Positions 54,745 through 64,000 of a stretch of 64,000 nt of DNA are shown here, piece after piece. The DNA lies in the NCBI RefSeq assembly GCF_050874245.1, contig NZ_JBNMKH010000001.1, positions 9,140-73,139 on the forward strand. The letters run 5' to 3'. Position 1 is the stretch's first letter; every line of letters begins with the position of its first letter. The notes under the pieces were generated by a model, which saw only the letters and a list, made by a program, of their open reading frames with translations, searched no databases and was not told where the DNA came from. This DNA comes from Bifidobacterium sp. GTDB taxonomy: Bacteria; Actinomycetota; Actinomycetes; Actinomycetales; Bifidobacteriaceae. The position numbers and the translations under genes are program-made.

Positions 54745-55365
54745 TCATGCTGCCTTAAGACCTACCCTCATCGCCTCCACTCTGCCTGATGGATCCGAAT
54801 AGTCACGTCCAATGCCTTTGAGACCCCAATGCAGACACTGATCGGAGCAGTGCTCCGAAGCACCTTCGACACGTGCGAAACGTTCCCCTTTGACGACGGA
54901 TGTCCCAACCGCGCGTGTCGTGGCGGCCGGTTCGAACGTCGATGTAAGGTTCCCCGCATTCGCGCCATGGCGAAGAGTCACTACGGATTTGCCAGCCACT
55001 TTGCCACTGAAGGCGATCGTCCCGTCTGCAGGCGCGAGAATGGCATCCTGCGCCCGGGCCTGCAAATCCACCCCACGATGGCCCGGCAACCATTGTTTGG
55101 CCGGCGCATCGTATGCGCCGACGATTCGCGTCTGTTCCAAAGGCCATCGCATCAACGCCCGGCATTCCACCTGCGCAGCATCACCCGCCGTGGCGGTCTC
55201 CGCATGCGCATATGCCGGCGGAACTCGCAGACCGCAAGCCACGAATGCGGCGCTCGCCGACACACATACGATCATCGCGGCCGCACATCGACGGCGATTG
55301 CGCTCCTCGGCATCATCGGACATTCTGCTGCGGCGAATTCGCCGACGGTATTCTCTGCTATCCAT
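54745..55365 (-). CDS. M23 family metallopeptidase (Rv2891-like)
   Basis: N-terminal TM/signal; HRGVD (HxxxD); CLHWG. Confidence 0.85.
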   Translation of the reverse strand: MDSREYRRRIRRSRMSDDAEERNRRRCAAAMIVCVSASAAFVACGLRVPPAYAHAETATAGDAAQVECRALMRWPLEQTRIVGAYDAPAKQWLPGHRGVDLQARAQDAILAPADGTIAFSGKVAGKSVVTLRHGANAGNLTSTFEPAATTRAVGTSVVKGERFARVEGASEHCSDQCLHWGLKGIGRDYSDPSGRVEAMRVGLKAA

Positions 55366-55539
55366 GGTGATTTCCTTTGCCTGCGTTGCGGTCGGGAATC
55401 GAAAGCATGCCATCGTTGCGAACCGGTTGTCCAATCAAAACGACCTTGTGGTCGGAGAACCGCACTTATCCACATGCTTCGGGCGTGTCGCGCCCGAAGC
55501 TGCCACAGACGTCTCCTCGTGTGGCATACGATGTAACGC

Positions 55540-55917
55540 ATGAGCGACAACACCACGCAACGCAAGGCGTTGCAACAGCTGCAGGACGAACCAGACCAGG
55601 AGCGCATCGCTTACTATCGCAAGCCATTCATGGTGCTATGGGCGGCCGTGCAGGAAGCGTCAAGCGAACTGCAGGACGATTACGCCCTTTCCCCCGAGCT
55701 CGCCCAGCTATGGGTCGCGGAACAGCTGCGGCAGGTGTCGGATTCCTTGGTGGACAGGCTTGCCGAAATCGCCGTGGCGCGTGGCGAATCGAAATCGAAT
55801 GTGGCACGTGCTGCGGGCGCGAGTCCGGACAACGTGTTGCGCCGTTTTCCCCGACTCAAGACGAATGCATCGCATGGGCGCACGCTTGTCGACAATGTGC
55901 TCGACACTTTGGAGTAA
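55540..55917 (+). CDS. Conserved hypothetical protein with a possible C-terminal HTH
   Basis: ARGESKSNVARAAGASPDNVLRRFP resembles an HTH recognition segment. Confidence 0.65.
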   Translation: MSDNTTQRKALQQLQDEPDQERIAYYRKPFMVLWAAVQEASSELQDDYALSPELAQLWVAEQLRQVSDSLVDRLAEIAVARGESKSNVARAAGASPDNVLRRFPRLKTNASHGRTLVDNVLDTLE

Positions 55918-56067
55918 TTCTATTCAGGGAGAGACTAAGTTGAAACAATTTCATGCACTCGACACGAGTTTTGTCTGAGAATGTCAGAGAACTACGGTCT
56001 GGAACATTCCCGTAATTCTCACTTGAATCATGCCGGAACCCTACTCCCATAAAGGCTTCCATCTAAG

Positions 56068-56140
<73 letters not shown>

Positions 56141-56235
56141 ATGTTCCCGCCCGGAAGACAAGCTTCCGTGCACAAGTCACATATATTACACGAATCATCC
56201 AATCATGCAAATCGGAAGCACCACAGCGTGTCGTA

Positions 56236-56937
56236 TCACCATTCGAGCTCTTCGATGTCCATCGGATGCGAATTGGTTTCGATCGATGAGACACGCCCGT
56301 CATGCATACGTATCACTCGATCAGCGATTGGGGCAATTGCTGAATTGTGCGTCACAATCACCACTGTCGCGCCCTTTTTACGACTCATGTCCTGAAGAAT
56401 ACGCAGCACCTGCTTGCCCGTGTTGTAATCAAGCGCACCTGTAGGCTCATCGCAAAGAAGAATCTTCGGATTCTTCGCCACCGCGCGTGCGATCGCCACT
56501 CGCTGCTGCTCGCCGCCGGACAGCTGCGCGGGAAAATTATCGGCCCGATCGGACAATCCCACGTCGGCGAGCGCGCTGTCGGCATCCTGCGCGTCGGAGA
56601 CGATCTGGGAGGCGAGCTCCACGTTCTCACGTGCCGTGAGGTTCGCCACAAGGTTGTAGAACTGGAATACGAATCCGATGTCAGTCCGACGGTATGCGGT
56701 CAGCTGTTTGGGTGTGTAGCCGGAGATGTCCTTGCCGTCGATGATCACCTGTCCCGAGGTGTTGGTGTCCATGCCGCCCAGAATGTTGAGCACTGTCGAT
56801 TTTCCAGCGCCGGATGCACCGAGAATGATGGCGAGTTCTCCTCTGTCGATGGTGAAGGACACATTGTCGTTGGCTGTGATGGTGGTGGATCCCATATGGT
56901 AGCGCTTGGTGCTGTTTCTCATTTCGATGTATGCCAT
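56236..56937 (-). CDS. LolD/MacB-type ABC ATP-binding protein (no adjacent permease)
   Basis: [28 protein letters not shown]. Confidence 0.94.
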   Translation of the reverse strand: MAYIEMRNSTKRYHMGSTTITANDNVSFTIDRGELAIILGASGAGKSTVLNILGGMDTNTSGQVIIDGKDISGYTPKQLTAYRRTDIGFVFQFYNLVANLTARENVELASQIVSDAQDADSALADVGLSDRADNFPAQLSGGEQQRVAIARAVAKNPKILLCDEPTGALDYNTGKQVLRILQDMSRKKGATVVIVTHNSAIAPIADRVIRMHDGRVSSIETNSHPMDIEELEW

Positions 56938-57047
56938 GTCGCACTCCGTTCCCCTGTCCGACGTCCATGTCCGGGCCAATAGGCCTTTTCTTTGACTATA
57001 CGACTAAAGTAGGGTTTGTGGTTCCATGCAGAGGAAAGGATTTTTCC

Positions 57048-58823
57048 ATGGATGTCTCCAATGATGCCGACCGTTTGCAAACGCTGCTGTACAGCTCCTA
57101 TTCAGCGGATACCGTACGGCAGTTGGAACGTCCTCTGCTGGACGATGGCGTGCCGCTGATGCGCATGGCGGCTTCCGCCGCCGCTCAAGTGACGATGGCG
57201 CTACTCGATGACGAGGACCTTCCGATTGAGGATGCGCGTGTCACCGTGTTGGCTGGTGCCGGGAATAATGGTGGCGATGGACTGTACGCGGGCGCCAAAT
57301 TGGCGAATGAGGGGGCACAGGTGACCGCGATTGCGGTCGGACGTTCTTTGCATGAGGAGGCATTCAGGGCATTCGTGCATGCCGGCGGGCGCGTACTGGT
57401 GCTTGATTCAGCGGCCGATATTCCGGGATGCACATCCGGATTTTCCGCAGGCGAGGCCGGTGAGAGGCTTCAGGCGGCGATTGAATATGCGAGGAGCTCG
57501 CATGTAGTGCTTGACGCGATGACCGGCATCGGGTCGGTCGGCGCATTGCGGGGCATCGCAGGTACGTTGGCCGCGTCCATTGGATCGGATGGCGAGCTGC
57601 CGGACAAACCCGCATTGCCGGATAATGAGCCGTCCGCCGATCTGCCGTTGGTAGTGGCCATCGATGTGCCGTCCGGGGTGGGGGTTGATGACGGTTCGCT
57701 GCCGGGACCGTACATTCCCGCGGATGCAACGGTGATGTTTGGCGCGATGAAGCCATGCGCGATGGTGCCTCCCGCCTCGTACGCGTGCGGCCGGGTCACG
57801 TTGGTGGACTTTGGCTTCGACATTGATGACGCCGTTCCGCTCGCCGAGATGACGGATGGCAATTTTGTCTCGGATTCGATTCGTCTGCCTCGGCTTGCGG
57901 ATGGCAAGTATTCGCGTGGCGTGGTTGGATTGGTGACTGGCTCGACACGCTATCCCGGTGCCGCCGTATTGTCGGCGAGGGCCGCGGCCCGGACGAATAC
58001 CGGCATGGTGCGGTATCTGGGACCTCAACGCGCGCAGGATATGGTACTCTCCGTATTGCCGGAGGCTGTGCTCGGCAAGGGAAGGGTCGAGTCGTGGGTG
58101 GTTGGTTCCGGAGTGCCGGCCGCAGGCGCTGAAATGGGTGAGGATGACACGCAGCGCGTCACAACCGCGGCTTTGCTGGAGCATTACGCTTTGCATGAGA
58201 CCGATGACGAGATGAACGCGCGGGCCTTGGCCATGCCTCCCATCGTGGTGGATGCAGGCGCATTGGATCTGCTGCCGGATCGCGTCGCGCCGCAGGTAGT
58301 GGCCACGCCGCATGCCGGAGAATTGGCCGCTTTGCTGAACCGTTTGGACGGCGATGCTGCCGAGCCCGTTTCCAGGCAACAGGTGGAGGCCAATCCCCTA
58401 CGTTCGACGTTGCGGGCGCATAAGCTGACCGGCGCAACGGTGCTTCTCAAAGGTGCCGTCACCATTGTGGTTGGTTCCGACGGCGACGGAGGCGACCGAA
58501 TCATCCTGTCGGGACGAGCACCCGCATGGATGGCCACCGCAGGTTCGGGAGACGTACTGGCCGGCATGTTGGGAGCGTTGATGGCGCAACAGGATGATCT
58601 GCTCAACGACGATCCCGCTTTGGTGCCGGAAGTGGCGGCGGCCGCCGCATACATGCATGGGCTTGCTGGTGCGATCGCCAGCGGATCGAAGCAACGCGGC
58701 TGGTGCCGTCCGCGTCTGTACGGTCACGCCACTAGGAGTTCCGCGAATGCGGTAGGCCATCCGATCGTCGCCACGGATGTCATCGCCGCCATCCCCCAGG
58801 CCTTCGACGAGCTGATCCGCTAG
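57048..58823 (+). CDS. nnrED: Bifunctional NAD(P)HX epimerase/dehydratase
   Basis: YjeF-N GAGNNGGDG and IDVPSG; kinase-like C-domain VDAGAL, TPHAGE, LLKGA, GSGDVLAG. Confidence 0.93.
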   Translation: MDVSNDADRLQTLLYSSYSADTVRQLERPLLDDGVPLMRMAASAAAQVTMALLDDEDLPIEDARVTVLAGAGNNGGDGLYAGAKLANEGAQVTAIAVGRSLHEEAFRAFVHAGGRVLVLDSAADIPGCTSGFSAGEAGERLQAAIEYARSSHVVLDAMTGIGSVGALRGIAGTLAASIGSDGELPDKPALPDNEPSADLPLVVAIDVPSGVGVDDGSLPGPYIPADATVMFGAMKPCAMVPPASYACGRVTLVDFGFDIDDAVPLAEMTDGNFVSDSIRLPRLADGKYSRGVVGLVTGSTRYPGAAVLSARAAARTNTGMVRYLGPQRAQDMVLSVLPEAVLGKGRVESWVVGSGVPAAGAEMGEDDTQRVTTAALLEHYALHETDDEMNARALAMPPIVVDAGALDLLPDRVAPQVVATPHAGELAALLNRLDGDAAEPVSRQQVEANPLRSTLRAHKLTGATVLLKGAVTIVVGSDGDGGDRIILSGRAPAWMATAGSGDVLAGMLGALMAQQDDLLNDDPALVPEVAAAAAYMHGLAGAIASGSKQRGWCRPRLYGHATRSSANAVGHPIVATDVIAAIPQAFDELIR

Positions 58824-58909
58824 ATAATTACCACCCCGCTTACCACCCCGCGCGCGAATGGCTTCCGGCCCGCTTCTTATGTTGGTTGTCTGACAAGAGA
58901 GGTGGGTGC

Positions 58910-59887
58910 ATGCAACAGTTTTCCGTGGTCCTGAACCAGCTCATCGGCATGGGTGTCATGCTGGTCGTGGGCGTGGTATGCGTCAAGACGAAACTATTGA
59001 ACGAGGATTCCCTGCAGGGGGTATGTCGTCTGATCCTGAACGTGGGCATTCCGATGCTGGTGTTCTCCAATGCCGTTTCCGGAACCACGCGTGAGGACCT
59101 GTTCGGCTCCGCGGCGGTCATCGGCATCACAATCGCGTTGTACGCGCTGCTCATCCTATCAATGTGGCTGCTGGCGAAGCTGCTTCGTCTGCCGGGAGAG
59201 CGTGGACGCATGTTCCAAGGCGCGTTCATCTTCGGCAATGCCGGCTTCATCGGCCTTCCATTGATTCTGGCGTTGTTCCCCAAACAGGGCGCATTGTATT
59301 TCGCGCTGATGTCGCTGACCGACCAGTTCTTCTTCTGGACCTATGGCGTATGGATCACCAGGCCGAAGTCGAACCGGCAGACGTATATGGACGAGCATCC
59401 GGCTAAGACTCTGGGGTCGAGGCTTCTCGGCATGCTGAGCCCCGCGTTGGTGGCGGTGATTCTGGCGATTGCGATTGTGCTCATCGGCATTCCGGTGCCG
59501 CAGGTGGTGATTGCTCCCCTGCATTCGCTTGGCGCCATCTCCACGCCGTTGTCGATGATCTATCTCGGTGGGCTGTTCGTGCTGCGCGACTGGGCTGGCG
59601 TATTGAAACGATACGAGCTGTATGTGGGCATCGTGGTCAAGATGGTGCTCTTCCCCATCGCGTTCCATGTGCTGATCGTCACCGTGCCGCCGATGCTCGG
59701 GCTGGGGGCGATTCCCCGTAGCATGGCGGATATGATGACGATCATCGCGGGGCTGCCGACCATGAGCGCCATTGTCATGTTCTCGGAACGCGAGCATAAT
59801 ATGCCCGAATATGCTGTGGGACTGGTGCTGTCCACCACCGTGGCGAGCCTGTTCACACTGCCTGTCGTATCGTATCTGACGTTCTGA
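58910..59887 (+). CDS. AEC family transporter
   Basis: About 10 TM helices, FGNAGFIGLP, STPLSMIYLG. Confidence 0.88.
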   Translation: MQQFSVVLNQLIGMGVMLVVGVVCVKTKLLNEDSLQGVCRLILNVGIPMLVFSNAVSGTTREDLFGSAAVIGITIALYALLILSMWLLAKLLRLPGERGRMFQGAFIFGNAGFIGLPLILALFPKQGALYFALMSLTDQFFFWTYGVWITRPKSNRQTYMDEHPAKTLGSRLLGMLSPALVAVILAIAIVLIGIPVPQVVIAPLHSLGAISTPLSMIYLGGLFVLRDWAGVLKRYELYVGIVVKMVLFPIAFHVLIVTVPPMLGLGAIPRSMADMMTIIAGLPTMSAIVMFSEREHNMPEYAVGLVLSTTVASLFTLPVVSYLTF

Positions 59888-59992
59888 CGTTCTCGCGGAG
59901 GACTGAAATGCAGAACGAGATGAGGGACTTTCCCATGATTACGGATACGGTACACTGACGAGGACGGACACATGTCTATGGAAAGGATTCCG

Positions 59993-60628
59993 ATGGTTAC
60001 CGCAACATCATCGATCACTGACGTTGTCTTCGATTTCTGCGGAGTGCTGCTGGACTGGCAGACGCGCGCATGTCTTGAAGGCAAATTCGATGACGGGCTC
60101 GTGGACCGCATCTGCGAGGATGACGACCCGTGCGGTTTCTTCAGATATGAGGATCGCATGGACGCCGGCGAGGATTTCGATTCAATCTGGCCCGATGTGG
60201 TGCGGGAGCAGGGCAGACAGATCGCCGACATCTTCCGTTACTACATCACCCATTATGATGATGCGTTGCCGCGCATGCTGCCCGGAATGGAGCAACTGCT
60301 GCGTGACCTGAAGTCGGCCGGCTACGGCGTATGGGGATTGACGAATTGGTCGCATGAGACATTCCATTTCGCATTCGACAAGTTCCCGCAGCTTGCCGAG
60401 TTGTTGGACGGCACCGTCGTCTCCGGAGTGGAGAAGATGCACAAGCCCAACGCAGACATCTACGAACTGGCGATATCTCGTTTCGGCCTGCAGCCGGAAC
60501 ATAGTGTGTTCCTGGATGACACGGCGAAGAACGTCGCGGGCGCGCAGGCCGTCGGCATGCATTCCTTCCGCTTCATGGACGCGGAACAGGCACGTGAGAA
60601 TCTCGAATCCTTGGGCGTGCGCGTGTAG
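59993..60628 (+). CDS. HAD-superfamily phosphatase
   Basis: VVFDFCGV (motif I), LTN, KP, FLDD. Confidence 0.9.
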   Translation: MVTATSSITDVVFDFCGVLLDWQTRACLEGKFDDGLVDRICEDDDPCGFFRYEDRMDAGEDFDSIWPDVVREQGRQIADIFRYYITHYDDALPRMLPGMEQLLRDLKSAGYGVWGLTNWSHETFHFAFDKFPQLAELLDGTVVSGVEKMHKPNADIYELAISRFGLQPEHSVFLDDTAKNVAGAQAVGMHSFRFMDAEQARENLESLGVRV

Positions 60629-60703
60629 GACGGAATGACACGCAATCGCATGTCCATTATGCAAAAAAGGAATCCTATAAATCGCCGTTTCGTAAAGCGA
60701 CGC

Positions 60704-60712
60704 TGGTATAAG
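60704..60712 (+). promoter_or_regulatory. Extended -10 promoter (TG-n-TATAAG) 8 nt before the lysR ATG
   Basis: TGGTATAAG followed by TAGTAGTT-ATG; no SD sequence. Confidence 0.45.
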
Positions 60713-60720
60713 TAGTAGTT

Positions 60721-61644
60721 ATGACCCTCCTTCAGCTGAAATACATCGTCAAAATCGTCGAATGCGGCTCCATGAACGAAGCCTCGCACGAACTGTACGT
60801 CTCCCAGCCCGCGCTGAGTTCCTCGGTGAAGGAGCTTGAGAATGAGCTTGGCATCGAGATCTTCACCCGCTCCTCGCAAGGCATCGCCTTGACCGTGGAC
60901 GGTGCGGAGTTCCTCACCTATGCGCGTCAGGTCCTCGACCAGGCCTCGCTGCTCGAGGAACGTTACAAGAACGCGAAGCCACGCAAACAGCTGTGCTCCG
61001 TGTCGACTCAGCATTACATGTTCGCCGTGGAGGCTTTTGTGGAGATGATCAACTCCATCAAGTCCGACGAATACGAGTTCACCATCCGTGAGACCCGCAC
61101 CAAGGACATCATCAACCAGGTGGCGAACATGCTTTCGGAGATAGGCATCATCTATCTGTCCGATTTCAACAAGGATGTGATCGGCAAGATGCTGCGGGAG
61201 AAGCACCTTGAGTTCCATCCGCTGTTCCGGGCGCCGTTGCACGTGTTCATCTCGCGCAACAATCCGCTTGCCGGCAAGAAGAAGGTCACCATGGATGACC
61301 TGAAACCGTTCCCCTTCATCCAATACGAGCAGGGTGAGGAAGGGAGCTTCTTCTTCGCGGAGGAGGCCGTCTGGCCGGAGTATTCCCCCAAGCAGATCAA
61401 CGTGACCGACCGTGCCACCATTCTGAACTTCATCATCGGCTTGAACGGCTACACGGTTTGCACCGGTATCGATAACGGCGACCTTAATAACGAGAAAATC
61501 GTCACCGTGCCGCTTGATACCGATGAGACGATGCTGGTCGGTTGGATTGCCAACGAACGCGCCAAGCTTTCGAAGGCCGCGGAAACATATTTGGAAAAGC
61601 TGAAGTCGGTGGTTTCAAGCCACGGCTATAACCTCATCGATTAG
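60721..61644 (+). CDS. LysR-family transcriptional regulator (resembles MtaR/CpsY type)
   Basis: MTLLQLKYIV..GSMNEASHELYVSQPALS HTH; substrate-binding domain. Confidence 0.93.
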   Translation: MTLLQLKYIVKIVECGSMNEASHELYVSQPALSSSVKELENELGIEIFTRSSQGIALTVDGAEFLTYARQVLDQASLLEERYKNAKPRKQLCSVSTQHYMFAVEAFVEMINSIKSDEYEFTIRETRTKDIINQVANMLSEIGIIYLSDFNKDVIGKMLREKHLEFHPLFRAPLHVFISRNNPLAGKKKVTMDDLKPFPFIQYEQGEEGSFFFAEEAVWPEYSPKQINVTDRATILNFIIGLNGYTVCTGIDNGDLNNEKIVTVPLDTDETMLVGWIANERAKLSKAAETYLEKLKSVVSSHGYNLID

Positions 61645-61683
61645 ATTGACCGTTGGCAGGTCTGTCAGGCTCAGATCCTGAAG

Positions 61684-61736
61684 GTAACAAGAAAGTCCCG
61701 CACCAACTCACGGATGGTGCGGGACTTTCTTGTTAC
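61684..61736. terminator. Bidirectional terminator between lysR and pyrE
   Basis: Perfect 22-bp inverted repeat GTAACAAGAAAGTCCCGCACCA/TGGTGCGGGACTTTCTTGTTAC. Confidence 0.85.
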
Positions 61737-61767
61737 AGCTGTCTCTTACGACAACCTTGGACTGTTA

Positions 61768-62463
61768 TCAGGCGCCGTATCGTGCCAGATACGCGTCGGC
61801 GGCCGCCTTGATCTCAGGAGTGACGTATGGAGCGCCGTCCGCCGTCCGGATATGCTGACCTGCTTCGAAGATCTCCCTTACGTTGGCGATGGCGAACACA
61901 GGGAAACCGAATTCGGATTCGACGGCCTTCACCGCGGACGTATCGGAGTCCTTGGTCTTTTCCATACGATCCACGCTCAGCACCAGTCCGACGACTTCGA
62001 CGTCGGCCTCGGCCTTGAGTTTCGGAATGACCTCACGCACGGCGGTTCCGGCGGTCATCACATCGTCGACGAGCAGTACCTTCATGCCATCCCTGAGCTG
62101 GGTGCCGACCATCATGCCGCCGTCTCCATGGTCCTTCTTCTCCTTGCGGTCGAAGGTGTAGCCGACTTCCATGCCGTGGGCATTGGTCAATGCGATGGCT
62201 GTGGATACACCCAGAGGAATACCCTTGTAGGCCGGACCGAACACGGTGTCGATATCCTTCGGCAGGTTGCCGGCTTCGATTTCCGCGATGATCTTCTCGG
62301 CGTAGAACGAGCCAAGACGAGCAATCTTGCGTCCGTCGTTGAATGCGCCGGCGTTGATGAAATACGGCGATTGGCGGCCGGATTTCAAGGTGAATTCGCC
62401 GAATTTCAGCGCCTGCGCCTCCAGTAGGAATTCGGTGAAACGATGATCGAGCGAAGCGGTCAT
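61768..62463 (-). CDS. pyrE: Orotate phosphoribosyltransferase
   Basis: [30 protein letters not shown]. Confidence 0.97.
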   Translation of the reverse strand: MTASLDHRFTEFLLEAQALKFGEFTLKSGRQSPYFINAGAFNDGRKIARLGSFYAEKIIAEIEAGNLPKDIDTVFGPAYKGIPLGVSTAIALTNAHGMEVGYTFDRKEKKDHGDGGMMVGTQLRDGMKVLLVDDVMTAGTAVREVIPKLKAEADVEVVGLVLSVDRMEKTKDSDTSAVKAVESEFGFPVFAIANVREIFEAGQHIRTADGAPYVTPEIKAAADAYLARYGA

Positions 62464-62542
62464 TTGTTGGTTCTCCTTTTTTCGACGGTTGACTGCGACC
62501 TATGGCCGCGATGGATGATTATTCGCCGTGCCGGCGGCCGAA

Positions 62543-63496
62543 TCAGCGCCAGGTCTCCCCTTTTGCGAGCTTGTCGGCAAGCTCGGGACGCTCGTCGAGC
62601 AGGTCATCAAGCTCGCGGGCCACACGCAGCGGTGCGGTCGGTTCGAACAACGCCGCCGCACCGACTTCAATGGCATTGGCTCCGGCATACAGATATTCGA
62701 GGGCCGTCTCACCGGAGTCGATGCCGCCGATGCCGATGATCGGTATGGTCGGCAATGCGGCACGCACACGCCACACCGCGGCAAGGCCGACGGGCAGCAC
62801 GGCAGGGCCGGAAACACCACCGGTGACGTGCGTGATAATCGGCTCGCCAGTGCGGATATTGATGCGCATTCCAAGCAGCGTGTTGATCAGGCTCAACGCA
62901 TCGGCACCGCTTTCCACGGCGGCGCGCGCCGGCACGGTGATGTCGGTAACGTTCGGCGTGAGCTTGACGATCATCTTCTTATCGGTGATCTTGCGCAGCC
63001 GGGTGATGAGCCTGGACAATGCCACCGGATCAGTGCCGACGCTCATGCCACCGGCGGACACGTTCGGGCAGCTCACGTTGATTTCCAGCATATCGGCTGG
63101 CGAATCGTTGAGTTTGGCCACCACTTCGGCGTAGTCGTCGTCGCAATGGCCTGCGACGTTGGCTATGACCGTCGCGTTGATGGCTTTGAGCTTGGGCAGG
63201 TCGTCCTCCAAATAATGGTCGACGCCCGGATTCTGCAACCCGACGGCGTTGATGTTGCTGGACGGACCTTCCGCGGTACGCACGCCGGGGTTGCCTTCCC
63301 ACGGCACCGGAGAGACACCTTTGGTGGTGACAGCCCCCAACTGGCTCACATCGTAGAACCAGCGCACCGCCGCGTATTGGAATGTGCCGGAAGCCGTGGC
63401 CACCGGATTCTTCCATGGAACACCCGCCACCTGTGTGGGATGCTTCCATTCGTGCTGTTCGTACAGGTTCGCATGCTGCGGTTGCTCCACGTTCAT
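62543..63496 (-). CDS. pyrD: Dihydroorotate dehydrogenase, family 1B catalytic subunit
   Basis: NPVATASG, GNPGVR, EINVSCPN, KLTPN, GGVSG, IGIGGI. Confidence 0.95.
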   Translation of the reverse strand: MNVEQPQHANLYEQHEWKHPTQVAGVPWKNPVATASGTFQYAAVRWFYDVSQLGAVTTKGVSPVPWEGNPGVRTAEGPSSNINAVGLQNPGVDHYLEDDLPKLKAINATVIANVAGHCDDDYAEVVAKLNDSPADMLEINVSCPNVSAGGMSVGTDPVALSRLITRLRKITDKKMIVKLTPNVTDITVPARAAVESGADALSLINTLLGMRINIRTGEPIITHVTGGVSGPAVLPVGLAAVWRVRAALPTIPIIGIGGIDSGETALEYLYAGANAIEVGAAALFEPTAPLRVARELDDLLDERPELADKLAKGETWR

Positions 63497-63498
63497 GC

Positions 63499-64000
63499 TC
63501 ACTCCCCCCATCCCAGTTGTTCACGGGTGAATACCGGTCCGTCGGAGCAGACCTTCAGCCGCCCTTCGGCCGTGTCGACGGTGCAGAGCACGCAAGTGCC
63601 GTAACCACAGCCCATACGCTGTTCGAGGCTCAGCTGAGCCTCGATGCCGCGTTTCGCCGCCCATGCCGCAACGGCCTTCATCATCGGCAACGGACCACAT
63701 GAAAGGATGACTGGCTTCCTCTCCCCCGTCGTCAGTTCGTTTTCGATACGATTGAGCAACGTGATGACGTTGCCTTCGGATTCGTCGATGCTGTACACCT
63801 TGTCCGCGTATCGGCCGACATACTCATCGCCGAAACGCACATTGCGATAGCCGAATACCGCTGTGCTTGTGGCGTGTTCCAGACCCGCGATATGCTGCGC
63901 GGCACGCACCAACGGCGGCACGCCGAGGCCGCCGGCCACCAGTACGTAATTCGCCGTCCGCTTGGTGTCGAAACTGTTGCCAAGGGGCCCCATCACGCGG
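63499..64000 (-). CDS. pyrK: Dihydroorotate dehydrogenase electron transfer subunit, C-terminal part
   Basis: GPLGNSF, VAGGLGVPP, CGPLPMM, MGCGYGTCVLC..VCSDGPVF; the frame stays open to the window edge. Confidence 0.93.
   Translation of the reverse strand, partial: RVMGPLGNSFDTKRTANYVLVAGGLGVPPLVRAAQHIAGLEHATSTAVFGYRNVRFGDEYVGRYADKVYSIDESEGNVITLLNRIENELTTGERKPVILSCGPLPMMKAVAAWAAKRGIEAQLSLEQRMGCGYGTCVLCTVDTAEGRLKVCSDGPVFTREQLGWGE

Noticed and set aside
54745-55365. Inactive M23 peptidase because HxH reads CLH
   Set aside because: CLHWG is the usual form in this actinobacterial subfamily as I recall, so it is not evidence of degeneration.
55918-56067. Integrated element at the tRNA-Asn 3' end
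   Set aside because: Only ~150 nt of AT-richer spacer; no integrase and no duplicated tRNA 3' end noticed.

Overview
High-GC actinobacterial chromosome segment, most likely Bifidobacterium (inferred from gene order and from the cmk-der and trpC-trpB fusions). About 10.8-64 kb is mainly core housekeeping, largely on the minus strand: cmk-der, rluB, purH, perM, sucCD, apt, yajC, ruvCAB, yebC, thrS, his/trp genes, rlmN, cdsA, frr, pyrH, tsf, rpsB, def, two fadD paralogs, guaB3, icd, tRNA-Asn, nnrDE, a LysR regulator and pyrEDK. I saw no CRISPR array, transposase, integrase or prophage gene. The standout is an accessory locus at about 3.2-9.0 kb. A well-formed TPP (thiamine pyrophosphate) riboswitch sits upstream of an apparent operon encoding an NCS2 nucleobase-type permease with a degenerate signature, a LuxE-like acyl-protein synthetase, a LuxC-like acyl reductase and an SDR. 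A LOG-family gene follows, and there is no luxD or luxAB in the window. My inference is an import plus acid-to-aldehyde-to-alcohol pathway that salvages oxidised thiamine catabolites. Secondary observations are an orphan single-chain tandem RHH protein with a structured leader, a LexA box between ruvC and ruvA, a palindrome upstream of icd and an 87-nt convergent gene overlap. All family calls come from recognising motifs by eye; no database search was run.
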